Shown here piece by piece: positions 21,101-31,378 of a stretch of 64,000 nucleotides of DNA. The DNA is taken from positions 128,001 through 192,000 of the forward strand of contig CAVUWA010000004.1 in NCBI GenBank assembly GCA_963744995.1, written 5' to 3'. The stretch is from Candidatus Eiseniibacteriota bacterium. Lineage in GTDB: Bacteria; Eisenbacteria; RBG-16-71-46. How positions within the stretch are numbered: position 1 is the stretch's first letter; each line of letters begins with the position of its first letter. The notes under the pieces were generated by a model that did not search any database, was not told where the DNA came from, and saw only the letters and a list, made by a program, of their open reading frames with translations. The position numbers and the translations under genes are program-made.

Positions 21101-21662
21101 GGGTCTTCGCGCGCACCTCGATCCAGATCGACGGCCGTCCGTCCGCGGCGTCGACGCCCATGACGGCGCGCAGCATCGTGCGCGGCTGGCTGGCGCGCCG
21201 GCGCGCCCATTGCGCGAGATCGGTGGCGAGCGCCGCGCTCACGCGCTCGTCCTCGCGCACGCCGCCGAAGCCCGAGCCGCGAAACGGATCCGATTTGCCG
21301 TCGTCGGCACGGGCCGCGCGGGCGTGCGCGCGCGCCGCGTGGGCCGCGCTGGCCCTCCCATCTGCACGCGCCGCGTCGATCGCCTGCGCCAGCGCGTAGG
21401 CGTGTTCGCACACCGGCGCCGCCGCGCAGGTGCACTCGGGTTCGGCCTGCTCGCCCTTCCAGCGCCACGCGGGGCTGACGCGTTCCGGCCCGCGCAGCGA
21501 CGCGGTGACGCGCGAGGCCCGGAACTCGATCCGGCCCACGCGCCCCTGGCTGAAGAGCAGCTGGCCGCGTCGTTGCACGTGCGGCGGGAAGTGTCGCGCG
21601 TCCTCACGGATCGCAGCGGCGACTCCGGGGGGCAGGGTGTTCTGCGGGCTCGAGGGGATCAT
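18114..21662 (-). CDS. SNF2-family helicase with N-terminal SWIM zinc finger
   Basis: CTC..VCEHA; LRPYQ, LADDMGLGKT, LDEAQFIKN, TGTPIEN, SLKAGGTGLNL, QAIDRTHRIGQ. Confidence 0.92.
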   Translation of the reverse strand: MIPSSPQNTLPPGVAAAIREDARHFPPHVQRRGQLLFSQGRVGRIEFRASRVTASLRGPERVSPAWRWKGEQAEPECTCAAAPVCEHAYALAQAIDAARADGRASAAHAARAHARAARADDGKSDPFRGSGFGGVREDERVSAALATDLAQWARRRASQPRTMLRAVMGVDAADGRPSIWIEVRAKTPKLDDAPRTAQQLLHLTSELKRDPQLLSPPHVRLLRLLGTTVQHAERLPGGTRFLLRASQVVRLLDSYSNSPLVTWATERTGDPHAGVTPGSRVKLGDAVLDIVPVSSGGRMDLSIMLAARWPDGALRRLDEIVYVPSDDDLHPSLVLVDGTFWCVGEEPPAHVIRRLAWGGRLPVPETGREHFLGLLASTFTSVADALAPHMRVHPAHPVVALDLGADDWLHVRLFAHTGERGWHPGAGADGRVVFELGAEGEWFRLEGHDLDDESETVRNVLEGPAGEGADQGAAASAAATAPPPAAPGGNAAPPDEGGGGGGEAPVWVEVPDPALVESAREWLRALPLRRRSRRVGAAASAEPEPDARGAWLRLTSRTLDTLAEAWAERPRDVTFLGNDRMRALFAEPQAVRPRVTVTSSGADWFTVSAAWQAEGMALTEADLAKLRASQRRFVKLKSGWVSRDWVHAYDEGAAKLADLGLETGAGEQRLTLAQLALARPESLAALEDLGGDPQTLREVERLRAKVRDFKGVPRIPVPAQLEAVLRPYQRDGLDFLAFVTDLGLGAVLADDMGLGKTVQALAWIEWLRERDPDGGPVLVVCPASVVHNWQRESERFTPHLRVLTLMSGEERHALRREIPQYDLVVTNYALLRRDLEHWRSISLRAAILDEAQFIKNPSTAMSRAVRELNAPHRLALTGTPIENRALDLWSIMQFVNPGYLGPRQAFITRYDRPDSPAHARRLLAARLRPVMVRRLKEEVAPDLPDRIEEHRECELTAGQRRLYLAELLRGRELVKRLAASADGVMRHKIEVLATLTRLRQICCHPALAGGREELGSGKFDALFEILEPLLAEGRKVLVFSQFVECLKLLAAGMKRRGMRHHVLTGATTRRERVVDAFEKDPEPCVFLISLKAGGTGLNLTSAQYVVLFDPWWNPAVEAQAIDRTHRIGQTRTVIACRLLAAGTIEEKIWELQQRKEALASDVLGEDGFARALTTGDLDYLLG

Positions 21663-21744
21663 GCCCGCATCATCGCAGATGCGCGGCGCGCGCGCTTGCG
21701 GGGCCGCAATCCCTGCACGCCGCCGCGGCGACGGGCGGGTCCTG

Positions 21745-22065
21745 TCAGTCGCCGCCCGCCGCCCGCAGCCGCGCGCGCAGCGCCTCGATCTCCTCCAGCA
21801 GCTCGAGCGCCAGCGCGGCACCCGCGAGGTTCACGCCGAGGTCGCGGTGCAGGTGCGAGGCGACGCGGACCCGGCGCAGATGGGTCTGGGTGAAGCGCCA
21901 GCGTCCGGGCTCGGCTCCGTCGGGCTCGACCACGCCCTCGCGCACCAGCTCGACCACGAAGTCGATCTCCACCGCGCAGGCGCGGCTGACTTCGGCCAGC
22001 GTCCACTCGGCCGGATCCTCGGGGACGATGCCGGGCGCTTCGGGCAGATCGCGACCGGGCGTCAT
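21745..22065 (-). CDS. cbpM: Chaperone modulator CbpM
   Basis: [32 protein letters not shown]; overlaps the cbpA stop. Confidence 0.88.
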   Translation of the reverse strand: MTPGRDLPEAPGIVPEDPAEWTLAEVSRACAVEIDFVVELVREGVVEPDGAEPGRWRFTQTHLRRVRVASHLHRDLGVNLAGAALALELLEEIEALRARLRAAGGD

Positions 22066-23045
22066 GTCTTCACCCCGGAGCCGGCGCGCGGGTCGAACGC
22101 GCCGAACCTGCGCGCCATGTCGCGGTAGGCCTCGCGCGTGGTGTCGTCGGTGGCGGGCGGCAGGGCGATCTGCAGAAGCACGTAGAGATCGCCCGGCGTG
22201 CTGCCCGGGATGCCGCGGCCCTTGAGCCGCAGCTTCGTCCCGGCCGTCGATCCGGCGGGAACCTTGAGCTGCACGGGACCGCCCGGGGTCTCGAGTTTGA
22301 CCGTCGCCCCCAGCGCGGCCTCCCACGGCGCGACCGGGAGATCCACGTACACGTCGCGATCCTCCACGCGGTAGCGCGGGTGCGGACGAAAGGCGACCTC
22401 CAGGTACAGGTCGCCCGCCTGGCCTTTCCCCATGCCGGGGCCGCCCTGGCCCTTCAGGCGCAGCACCTGTCCGGCACGAATGCCGCGCGGGAACGTCACG
22501 TTGAGCCTGCGCTCGCGCATGGACACGCGCCCCTGGCCGTCGACTTCGGGGATCTGCAGGGTCATCATGCGCGTCGCGCCGTGGTAGGCGTCTTCGAGCT
22601 CGATGAGCACTTTCGCGTGCCGGTCTTCACCCTGCGCGTGGAACGCGGTGCGTGTCCCGCGCCCGGCGCCGAAGCCGCCCGCGCCGAAGCCGCGGCCGAA
22701 CAGGGCCTCGAAGAAGTCGCTGAATTCACCGAACTCCGCGGCGCCACCCGCGAAACCGCGACCGAAGCCGCCGGGCGTCTCGACTCCCGCGTTCCAGTCG
22801 GGCGGCGGACGGAAGTCCTGACCTTCCTTCCAGTTCGAACCCAGCCGGTCGTACGCCGCGCGCTTGACCGGATCCTTGAGCACTTCATAGGCCTCGCCCA
22901 GCTCCTTGAAGCGGGCTTCCGCCCCGGGCGTCTTGTTCACGTCGGGGTGGAGCTTGCGGGCCTTCTTGCGGTAGGCGCGCTTGATGTCGTCCGCGCTCGC
23001 GTCGCGCGGCACTCCGATGATCTGGTAGTAGTCCTTGTATTCCAT
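22062..23045 (-). CDS. cbpA: DnaJ-class curved DNA-binding protein CbpA
   Basis: KDYY J-domain with HPD, G/F region, DnaJ C-terminal domain without zinc finger, cbpM downstream. Confidence 0.9.
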   Translation of the reverse strand: MEYKDYYQIIGVPRDASADDIKRAYRKKARKLHPDVNKTPGAEARFKELGEAYEVLKDPVKRAAYDRLGSNWKEGQDFRPPPDWNAGVETPGGFGRGFAGGAAEFGEFSDFFEALFGRGFGAGGFGAGRGTRTAFHAQGEDRHAKVLIELEDAYHGATRMMTLQIPEVDGQGRVSMRERRLNVTFPRGIRAGQVLRLKGQGGPGMGKGQAGDLYLEVAFRPHPRYRVEDRDVYVDLPVAPWEAALGATVKLETPGGPVQLKVPAGSTAGTKLRLKGRGIPGSTPGDLYVLLQIALPPATDDTTREAYRDMARRFGAFDPRAGSGVKT

Positions 23046-23370
23046 GTTTCTCCCTGGCGAATGCGCGGCGTCCGCCGCCGCCGGGCGGGATTGTACTCCT
23101 CTCGTCGCAGGTCGCACCGGCGTCCCGGGCGGCCGCGCGCCGCGTGGCGTCGATCGGGCGCCGCTCGCCGTGCCGGCGGAAGCAGGGGGCCGGTCCGGGA
23201 GCCGGCGGAGGCTCCTCTCGTTCCGCTCGCGGCCCACTCGACGATTCGGCCGCGCGGCGCGAGAATGGAGCCAGCGCACGGATTCCACGGCCGCAGCACG
23301 GATACCGGGCACGTTCGTCCCGCCGCTGCGCGTCGGCGCGGGACCGGTGCCCCCGGGAAAGGAAGAGGCC

Positions 23371-23733
23371 ATGCAGGTCCAGGTGAATACAGACCGTCAC
23401 ATCAAGGGACACGAGAAGCTCGCGACCCAGGTTCGCGAGGCGGCGGAGACCGCGCTCAGCCATATCAGCGACCGCATCACGCGGGTGGAAGTCCATCTCA
23501 GCGACCAGAACGCCGACAAGAGCGGCGCGGACGACAAACGCTGCGTGATGGAAGCGCGGCTCAAGGGTCGCCGGCCGGTCGCCGTCACGCACGATGCGGC
23601 CACGCTGGAGCTGGCCATCGACGGCGCGGCGACCAAGCTCAGCCGCTCGCTCGAGCGCACCCTCGACAAGATCACCGATCCGCGCAATCACACGGCGCCG
23701 GTGGCGAAGGAAGACGGAACCACGGAGATCTGA
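23371..23733 (+). CDS. HPF/RaiA-family ribosome-associated protein
   Basis: [29 protein letters not shown]. Confidence 0.85.
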   Translation: MQVQVNTDRHIKGHEKLATQVREAAETALSHISDRITRVEVHLSDQNADKSGADDKRCVMEARLKGRRPVAVTHDAATLELAIDGAATKLSRSLERTLDKITDPRNHTAPVAKEDGTTEI

Positions 23734-23757
23734 TCCGCAGCCGGGGCCGGCCGGCAT

Positions 23758-23798
23758 GAACAGGCGCCCGCGCGGCATCGCCGCCGGGCGCCTGTTCG
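23758..23798. terminator. Hairpin between convergent genes
   Basis: GAACAGGCGCCCG...CGGGCGCCTGTTC 13-bp perfect stem. Confidence 0.55.
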
Positions 23799-23811
23799 CA
23801 TCCTCCGCGCG

Positions 23812-25239
23812 CTACTTCGCCGGATGGATGTTCTGGTTCAGGCGGAACAGATTCTTCGGGTCGTACTTGGCCTTCACCTTCGCCAGCCGCTCGTAGTTGC
23901 TTCCGAAGGCGCCCTTTTGCACGCGCTGGTCATCGTCCTCGGGCATGAAGTTCACGTAGACGCCGCCGGTCGAGAACGGCTGCGCGGCGTCGAACAGACC
24001 GCGCGCCCAGCCGATGCACCGATCGTCGTCGGAGGCGTTCTCCCATCTCGTGTGAAGATTCATGATGAACTCCGCGTCGCGGTGCGGATACGCGGTCGCA
24101 TCGGCGGCCACACGATTGACGGCGGCACCCAGATGGATGAGCACGATCTCCGTGTGGGGGGAAGGCAGTCGGTGCGCGGCGTCCATCACCGCGTCGAACA
24201 GGCCGTCGTCGAGCTTCAGGAAGTCGTGCGACTTCCAGTAGTTCCTCGCGCCCGGGGTCAGCAGCGGATCGAAAGCCTGCTGCCAGCCGGCGTAGGGATG
24301 CGGGCCGATCACGTCGGCGATCGGCTTGCCGAGCTTGCGCAGGGGCGCGACGGCCTTCTCGGCCTTCTTCATGCTGCCCGTGGTGCAGACGCCGAAGATC
24401 ATGATCGGCTGGCCGTGATGGGACTCCGGCAGGAACGGCAGCGGCGGCGCCTTGCGGATCACCACCCACGCCGAGACCTCGTCCGGGACGGTGGCGAGAT
24501 ACTCACGGTACTTCGGCAGCAGGTCGGCCGCGGCCGACAGCGGATGGACGATGAGGCCCGAGAGAATCTGCGGGCCGACCTTGTGCAGCTTGAACTCGAA
24601 AGACGTCGCAATGCCGAAGTTGCCGCCGCCGCCACGCACCGCCCAGAACAGGTCGGGGTTCTTGCGGGCGCTCGCCGTAACCAGCTCGCCCTTCGCGGTG
24701 ACGACGTCCACCTCGCGCAGGTTGTCCACGGTGAGTCCGTACTTGCGGCTGATCCAGCCGAAGCCGCCGCCGAGGGTGAGTCCGGAGACGCCGGTCGTGG
24801 AATTGATCCCGAGCGGGGTCGCGAGGCCGAATGCCTGGGTCTCGTGGTCCATCTCGCGGAGCGTGGCACCGGCCTCGACGCGCGCCGTCTTCGCCTTCGG
24901 ATCCACGCGCACCGATTTCATCTGTGACAGATCGAGCAGCAGACCGCCGTCGCAGACCGACTTCCCGGCGATGCTGTGCCCGCCGGCCCGCACGGCGAGC
25001 AGCAGGCCGTGGTCGCGCGCCAGGTTGACGGCGAGCACGACGTCGGCGGCGCCGGCCGCGCGCACGACCGCCGCCGGGCGGCGGTCGATCATGGCGTTCC
25101 AGAGCGTGCGGGCCTGGTCGTAGCCGGGCTCGCCCGGCAGGCAGAGCGAGCCGCGCAGTCCGGCGCGCAGCGCGTCGACGACGTCGCCGGGGAGCGTGGT
25201 CCTTCGTTCGTCAAGGGTCGTGACGTCGAGTGTGGTCAT
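23812..25239 (-). CDS. FAD-binding oxidoreductase (berberine bridge enzyme-like)
   Basis: RAGGHS, TGVSGLTLGGGFG, DLFWAVRGGGGNFG, YVNF, KAKYDPKNLF. Confidence 0.93.
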   Translation of the reverse strand: MTTLDVTTLDERRTTLPGDVVDALRAGLRGSLCLPGEPGYDQARTLWNAMIDRRPAAVVRAAGAADVVLAVNLARDHGLLLAVRAGGHSIAGKSVCDGGLLLDLSQMKSVRVDPKAKTARVEAGATLREMDHETQAFGLATPLGINSTTGVSGLTLGGGFGWISRKYGLTVDNLREVDVVTAKGELVTASARKNPDLFWAVRGGGGNFGIATSFEFKLHKVGPQILSGLIVHPLSAAADLLPKYREYLATVPDEVSAWVVIRKAPPLPFLPESHHGQPIMIFGVCTTGSMKKAEKAVAPLRKLGKPIADVIGPHPYAGWQQAFDPLLTPGARNYWKSHDFLKLDDGLFDAVMDAAHRLPSPHTEIVLIHLGAAVNRVAADATAYPHRDAEFIMNLHTRWENASDDDRCIGWARGLFDAAQPFSTGGVYVNFMPEDDDQRVQKGAFGSNYERLAKVKAKYDPKNLFRLNQNIHPAK

Positions 25240-25600
25240 GTCGACATTCCTCCTTCGGACGGATACGGCCCGCGCTCGAAAAAACGAACGCGCTGAGGGG
25301 GCCGGCCGACTCCGACGGGCGGCGGCGCCGATCGGCGCCTGCTCGCCGCGAAGCCGGCCGCGGGAGAACGGTCTCCAACGGTGTGACATCGAGCGGGACG
25401 GTGCAAGTCCGATTTGCGGGACGGTGAGGGTCCGGAAACCGTTTCGTCGCTGCATATTCAGGACGACGCTGCGCCCGGGCCGGATGCGGGCATGCTCGAA
25501 TCCGTGCACGGTGGCTCCGTCGTCGGCCACGCCGGACGCACGGGCCCTGCCTCACCGCCGTCTCGCGTTCGCTTCGATCCCGCCATTCCGGAGGCTTCCT

Positions 25601-27933
25601 TTGAAGGCACCCCGCTCGAGAGTTCTCCAAAACCTGACCTTTCCACGGGTCGCCCTCGCCGTGCTCGCGTCGCTTCTCGCGCTGGCAGCCGTCCCGATCG
25701 CCCATGCCGACGGCGCCGTCTACTACTGGGGCGACTTCGTCACGAACGGGGTGGAGCGGGTCGGCCGCTACGACGTGCGCGCCGGCACCGCGGCCGTGCT
25801 GCCCCTCGACAGTCTCCAGGACGGCAGCGGGATCGACGGCGTCGGCGCCGCGCCGCACGGGTCGGCGATCGCCATCGCCGGGGCGATGGACGGCTCCCTG
25901 AACGGCGTCCTCTATCGCTTCGGTCCGCTGGGCGGAGTCGCCACGCCGCTGCGGACCGGCGCCACCACCGACGACTATGCGGGCATCACGTTCTCGCCCG
26001 ACAGCGCATGGATCGCGTTCCTCTCGGACCTCGACCTCGACGGCAGCTTCGCGCTGTACGTCGTGCCGGCCGGGCGGCGGCGCCGTGACGCGGGTGAGCC
26101 AGGCGCCGGTGAGCTCCACCCAGGACATCACCGACTTCGCATGGGCGAGCGACTCGCACACGATCGCGTTCAGAGGGGATCCGGTGACGAACAACGTGAA
26201 CAGCCTCTGGACCGCAGACGTGACGAACCCCGTCGCGACGCTCACGGAGGTCGTTCCCGGCGGCGCACCCGACCCGCACGTTGCGACGGCGTTCGGCTTC
26301 GACACGGACGGCCGCGTGTACTTCATCTCCGACTACCAGCAGACCGGCCTCCGCCGCCTCTACCGTGCGAACGCGGACGGCTCCGGTCTCGAACAGCTGC
26401 CGGGGACCCAGCTCGCGAACGGTGGCGGCGAAGCGGGTATCGGCACCCTGGCGTTGTCGCCCGACGGCACGAAGATCGCGTTCAGCGCGGACGCGCCCGA
26501 AGCCGGACTCTCGCAGGTCTACACGATGCCGGTCGCCGGGACGGCGCCCGTCCGGGTCTCCGGCGTGCAGGTCGTGTCCGACGGCTTCGTGCGCGGTCCG
26601 GGACAGATCGCCTGGAGTCCGGATCAGACCCACCTCGCCGTCGCCGCCGACTGGAATCCCGGCGACGGCGCCGCTGCGGGCGACAACTCCGCCTACGTGC
26701 TGCCGGCCTTCGGACCCGCAGGGGGCGTCCGGGTGCTGGCCGCGTCGACGTCGATCGACGCCCAGCAACTCGCATTCGCGTCGAGCACGAGCCTCATCGT
26801 GCTCGGCGACTTCGTGGTGAACAACGACAGCGAACTGTTCGAGGTCACGGATCTGGCGAGCGCCGATCAGAACCCCGCGGACGTCCGCATCCAGTCGGTT
26901 CCGGCCGGCGGCGACGTCCTCGGCTTCACCGTGGTGCCGCTCCGCGCCGCACCGCCCGAACCGGCGATCGTCTCGATCACGGACGTCGGCAACGACCAGG
27001 GCAGGCAGGTGAGCCTGGTGTGGAAGGCAAGCGGGCTGGACGCGGCCGGCAGCCAGCTGCCGGTCACGCAGTACGCGATCTTCCGCCGGATCGACGCGGC
27101 GCTGGCGCCGGCGGCCTCGCCGGGCGCGCGGATGCGGGCGCGCCGGGACGTGCGTGGGACGGCGCCGGCCGCCGTGCAGCTCGGCGGCTGGCACTACGTG
27201 ACGTCGGTGCCGGCGTTCGCCGAGGCGCAATACGCGGTGGTGGTGCCCACGCTCAAGGACTCCACCGTCAGCGAAGGCCTGTACTCGACCGTCTTCATGG
27301 TGCGTGCCGCGACGACGCAGCCCGCGCTGTTCGTCGACTCGGCTGCCGATAGCGGCTATTCGGTGGACAACCTCGCGCCGGCCGTGCCCACGAACCTCGC
27401 CTTCCAGGCGCCGCGCGTGCTCGTCGTGGGATCCGCCGGCAGAAGCCGACTTCGCCTACCACACCGTGTACGGCTCGCCGACGGGCTCGATGAACGACGC
27501 CGTGCGCATCGGCCGTACGGTGGACCCCACGTTCGACGTGAACGCGACACCCTATGCGTACTACCTGGTGACGACCACCGACTTCTCCGGCAACGAAGGC
27601 GCGGACGCCGCGCTGATGGATCCGGCGACCACCGGGACCGGGACCGCGCTGCCCGGCGTGTTCGCGTTCGTCGCCGCCGCGCCGAATCCGTTCGGCACGA
27701 CGGTGGCGTTCACCTTCGACGTGCCGCACACGGGCTCCGTCGAGGTGCGCCTGTTCGATTCGAGCGGACGCGCCGTGCGCGGGCTGGTGGCGCGGCGCTT
27801 CACGCCCGGGCGCTACACCGCGCGCTGGGACGGCGCCGACGATCACGGCCGTCGCGTGGCGCCGGGCGTCTACTTCGCGCGGATCCGCGCGGGCGCGTTC
27901 GAAGCTTCGCGACGGATCGTGCGCACGCGTTGA
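25601..27933 (+). CDS. Secreted TolB-like beta-propeller protein with FlgD-Ig/T9SS-like tail; two frameshifts (near 26070 and 27425)
   Basis: Signal peptide, FSPDS / LSPDGTKIAF / WSPD repeats, DVGNDQG module and PNPF...WDGADDHG..GVYFAR tail, spread over three consecutive frames. Confidence 0.72.
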
Positions 27934-27959
27934 ACGAGGCGCCGGGGGGCGCTTCGCGG

Positions 27960-27995
27960 GAAGCGGGTGGGCTCGAGTCGGAGCCGCCCGCTTTC
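27960..27995. terminator. Hairpin between convergent genes
   Basis: GAAGCGGGTGGGCTC...GAGCCGCCCGCTTT followed by a short T run. Confidence 0.45.
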
Positions 27996-28045
27996 TCGTT
28001 GCCACCGGCCGCGGCGAGGGGCGCGTGGCCCCCCGGGGGTGAGAA

Positions 28046-29491
28046 CTACGGCTGGGGGCGGGCGGCCGCCGGACTCCGGATCGGCAGCACGACGCGGAAC
28101 TCGGTCCGTCCCGGGCGCGATTCCACGACGATGTCACCGTGGAAGCTGCGCAGGAGCCGGCGCGTGATCTCGAGGCCGAGGCCGGTGCCCTGGCCGGGCG
28201 GCTTGGTGGTGAAGAACGGATCGAAGATCCGCGGCAGCACGTCGGCGGGAATCCCCGGACCGTCGTCGATCACGCTGACGAGGACGCGGTCGAGGTCCTT
28301 TCTCGCACGAATTTCGATCCGCCCGGTTTCGGCAATCGCGTCCAGTGCATTGTCGATCAGATTCAACCACACCTGGTTGAGCTCCCCGCCGTTGGCGTGC
28401 ACGCGGGGCAGTTCGGCTTCCACGTCCAGGGTGATGGCGGCTCCCTTCGACCTCGCCTTCGACGCCAGCACGCGCACGGTGTCGCGGAGCCCGGGCTCGA
28501 CGTCCACGGACTCGGGCCCGGCCAGGTTGTCCATGTAGGTGAACTTCTTGACGGCGGCCACCAGCTCGTGAATGCGGGTCGCGGCGCGTTCGATGTCCAC
28601 GGCGAGTGCATACGTGGTGCAGCCGGCGGCCATCCAGCTGATCGCGGCGTCGAGCGTCTTGCCCGACGTCGTGCGCGCCACCGCGTCCAGGGTTTCGATC
28701 GTGACGGGCGTGCCGGCGAGCGGCCCGGCGTGCGCGGGATCGGAGCCGTGGCGCACCAGCCAGTCGGCGATCGCGTCCTCCCGATCCGCCTGCTCGATGG
28801 GCGACAGGACGTCGCCGGACGGCGCCGCCAGGCATGCGGCGCGCGCCCGCTGGATCGTCTCGAACGCTTCGGCCGGCGGGTGCGCCGCGCCGAGCGCCAT
28901 GGAGGCCGCGTCGGCTTCGGCCAGACTCGAAAGCAGGTGTGCGGCGCCTCGCACCGTCGCCGAGGCGGGGTTGTTGAGCTCGTGAGCCAGCCCGGCCGCG
29001 AGCCGGCCGAGCGAAATCATCTTCTCGTCGTGCAGATCGCTGGCGTTGAAGCTGCGCGCGCGATCGAGCATGAGGTGCACGGTGTAGGCCGTGAACGCCG
29101 GACAGCGGTTGACCATTTCCGGAAAGAGGATCACGGGAACCGCGAGGATCTCGGCCCTCTCCGCGATGAAGTTGTTGCCGGGCGGACTCGTCATCCGCGA
29201 GTAGGGCAGCTTGCCACTGACCTCGCCCGCCCTCCACTCCATCACCCGTCGCGGGCCGGAGCCGCGGTCCACGGTGACCTGGATGCTTCCGGAGAGAATG
29301 ACCCAGAGGAACTCGATGGGCCGGCCCTTGCGCCCGATCACCACGCCCGGTTCGCGCACCTCGAAAATCCCGTGCGCGACCAGCCACTCCAGCTCTTCGC
29401 GCGGAATCTCCGCGAGGTTGGGGAGCGCGGCCAGCCGATCGACGAGTGCCATGTCAGCCAATGAACGGACCCTCTCTGTGGCCGGCGCCAC
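28046..29491 (-). CDS. Histidine kinase with N-terminal cNMP-binding-like domain
   Basis: LAHELNNP H-box, NLIDNA, DDGPGI, FFTTK, GTGLGL. Confidence 0.9.
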   Translation of the reverse strand: MAPATERVRSLADMALVDRLAALPNLAEIPREELEWLVAHGIFEVREPGVVIGRKGRPIEFLWVILSGSIQVTVDRGSGPRRVMEWRAGEVSGKLPYSRMTSPPGNNFIAERAEILAVPVILFPEMVNRCPAFTAYTVHLMLDRARSFNASDLHDEKMISLGRLAAGLAHELNNPASATVRGAAHLLSSLAEADAASMALGAAHPPAEAFETIQRARAACLAAPSGDVLSPIEQADREDAIADWLVRHGSDPAHAGPLAGTPVTIETLDAVARTTSGKTLDAAISWMAAGCTTYALAVDIERAATRIHELVAAVKKFTYMDNLAGPESVDVEPGLRDTVRVLASKARSKGAAITLDVEAELPRVHANGGELNQVWLNLIDNALDAIAETGRIEIRARKDLDRVLVSVIDDGPGIPADVLPRIFDPFFTTKPPGQGTGLGLEITRRLLRSFHGDIVVESRPGRTEFRVVLPIRSPAAARPQP

Positions 29492-29500
29492 GGTGCCGCA

Positions 29501-31159
29501 TCAGACGGTCTGCAGGTACCGGTGCACCATGCCGATGGTCGCGGAGCCTTCACCCACGGCCGCGGCGACGCGTTTTCCGGATCCATGTCGCGCATCGCCC
29601 GCCACGAAGATGCCGGGGACGCTGGATTCGAACGGGAACGGCTCGCGATCCGCGGTCCAGCCGGCGGGCGGCTTGCCGTCGACCAGGGTGTCGCGCCCGG
29701 TGAGGACGAATCCCTCGGCGTCACGCGCGACCAGATCCGCGAGGATCCCGGTGCGCGGCGAGGCGCCGATGAAGATGAACACGCCGTCGGCCGGCACGTC
29801 ACGACTCGTTCCGGATGCCGTGTCGGTCAGCGATACGGTCTCGAGCCGTTCCGTGCCGCGCGCTTCGGCGAGCACGGTCCGGGCGAGCACTTCGATGTTC
29901 TCGGTTTCGCCGATGCGATCCACCAGATACCGCGACATCTCGTCGAGGCCCGGACCGCGCACGAGCATCGTGACCCTGCGCGCGTAGCGCGCGAAGAACA
30001 GGGCGCCCTGTCCCGCCGAGTTGGCGCCGCCGATCACGAACACGTCGCGGCCCCGATAGGTCGCGGCCTCCGTCAGGGCGGCACCGTAATAGATGCCGCA
30101 TCCGACCAGCTCCGCAACCCCCGGCACGTCGAGGTGGCGCACTTCCATGCCGGGGGTGAACAGCACCGCGTAGCAGCTCAGTTCCGAGCCGTCGGCCAGC
30201 CGGATCGTCCGGTACGGATCGTTGCGCTCGATGCCGACGACTTCCTGCGCGGAGAGGAGCTCCGCGCCGAAGCGGCGCGCCTGGGTCGCGGCGCGGCGCG
30301 CGAGGTCGGCGCCGCTCAGGCCGCCCGGGAAACCGAGGTAGTTCTCGATCCGCGAGCTGGTCCCGGCCTGGCCGCCCGGCGCATTGCGTTCGACGAGGAC
30401 GGTGCGCAGTCCTTCGGAGGCGGCATAGACCGCACCGGCCAGCCCGGCCGGACCGCCACCGACGATCACGACGTCGTAGAACGGCCGCTTCGCCCGCGTC
30501 TGCAGGCCGATCCGATCGGCCAGGTCGCGTACGGACGGCTGCACCAGCGCGGACCCGTCGGGCAGGAACACCACGGGCAGTCGCGGCGGCTCCGGGGCGA
30601 GCGCGGCCACCAGCTCGCGCGCGGCGGGGTCGGCGTCGACGTCGAGCCACTGATACGGAATCTGGTTGCCCGACAGGAAGTCGCGCACCGCATAGCTGGC
30701 GGCGGCCAGGGCCGCCCCGACGACGCGGATGCCCTCGTACCCGGGGCGGGACTTCGCAAACCAGTCCGACAGCAGGTCGTCGAGCACCGGAAAGAGCCGC
30801 TCGCTCGGCGGCTGCCACGGCTTCAGCAGGTAGTGGTCGAGGCCGATCCGATTGATCGCCGTGATCGCGGTGTCGGTGTCCGCGTAGGCCGTGAGCAACA
30901 CCCGGCGCGCATCCGGGTAGAGCTTGAGCGCCTCCGCCATGAATTCCGTCCCCGTCATTCCCGGCATGCGCTGGTCGGCGAGGAACAGGGCGAGCGCCGT
31001 GCCGCGCTGCTTGAGCTGGCGAACGGTGTCGAGCGCCTGCTGCCCGGAGGACGCCTTCATCACGCGGTAGTCGGAGCTGTAGTGCTGGCGCAGATCGCGC
31101 TCGATGAAATTCAGGACCTCGGGCTCGTCGTCGACGGCCAGAATGACGGGCAGCGCCAT
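29501..31159 (-). CDS. Response regulator receiver fused to thioredoxin reductase-like flavoprotein
   Basis: VDDE / DQRMP / KPW receiver; GGGPAG, GGANSAGQ, AGD, AVGEGS. Confidence 0.9.
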   Translation of the reverse strand: MALPVILAVDDEPEVLNFIERDLRQHYSSDYRVMKASSGQQALDTVRQLKQRGTALALFLADQRMPGMTGTEFMAEALKLYPDARRVLLTAYADTDTAITAINRIGLDHYLLKPWQPPSERLFPVLDDLLSDWFAKSRPGYEGIRVVGAALAAASYAVRDFLSGNQIPYQWLDVDADPAARELVAALAPEPPRLPVVFLPDGSALVQPSVRDLADRIGLQTRAKRPFYDVVIVGGGPAGLAGAVYAASEGLRTVLVERNAPGGQAGTSSRIENYLGFPGGLSGADLARRAATQARRFGAELLSAQEVVGIERNDPYRTIRLADGSELSCYAVLFTPGMEVRHLDVPGVAELVGCGIYYGAALTEAATYRGRDVFVIGGANSAGQGALFFARYARRVTMLVRGPGLDEMSRYLVDRIGETENIEVLARTVLAEARGTERLETVSLTDTASGTSRDVPADGVFIFIGASPRTGILADLVARDAEGFVLTGRDTLVDGKPPAGWTADREPFPFESSVPGIFVAGDARHGSGKRVAAAVGEGSATIGMVHRYLQTV

Positions 31160-31378
31160 GGGAACAGCCTCGCAGGGACACGGTGGTTGGAGTGCGGCGA
31201 GGGTAATCTACGCGGGGACGCCCGCGAAATCGAATGCGCGTGTCCGGCAGGCCCGGCGCCGGGCGACCGGCGGGCCGCGCCGGCCGTTCGCAGGTCTTCA
31301 TCGCCCGCGCCCCGTGGTACGTTCCGTCGTTCAGCCGCCGCACGTCTTCCCGAGTTCCATCCCCGGAGGTGTCTCCCC

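Noticed and set aside
17955..21893. 1312-aa plus-strand ORF
   Set aside because: Antisense shadow of the SNF2 helicase in high-GC DNA
29522..31378. N-terminal 600 aa of the 1711-aa ORF
   Set aside because: Overlaps the REC-TrxB gene on the other strand; the real start with signal peptide is at 31379
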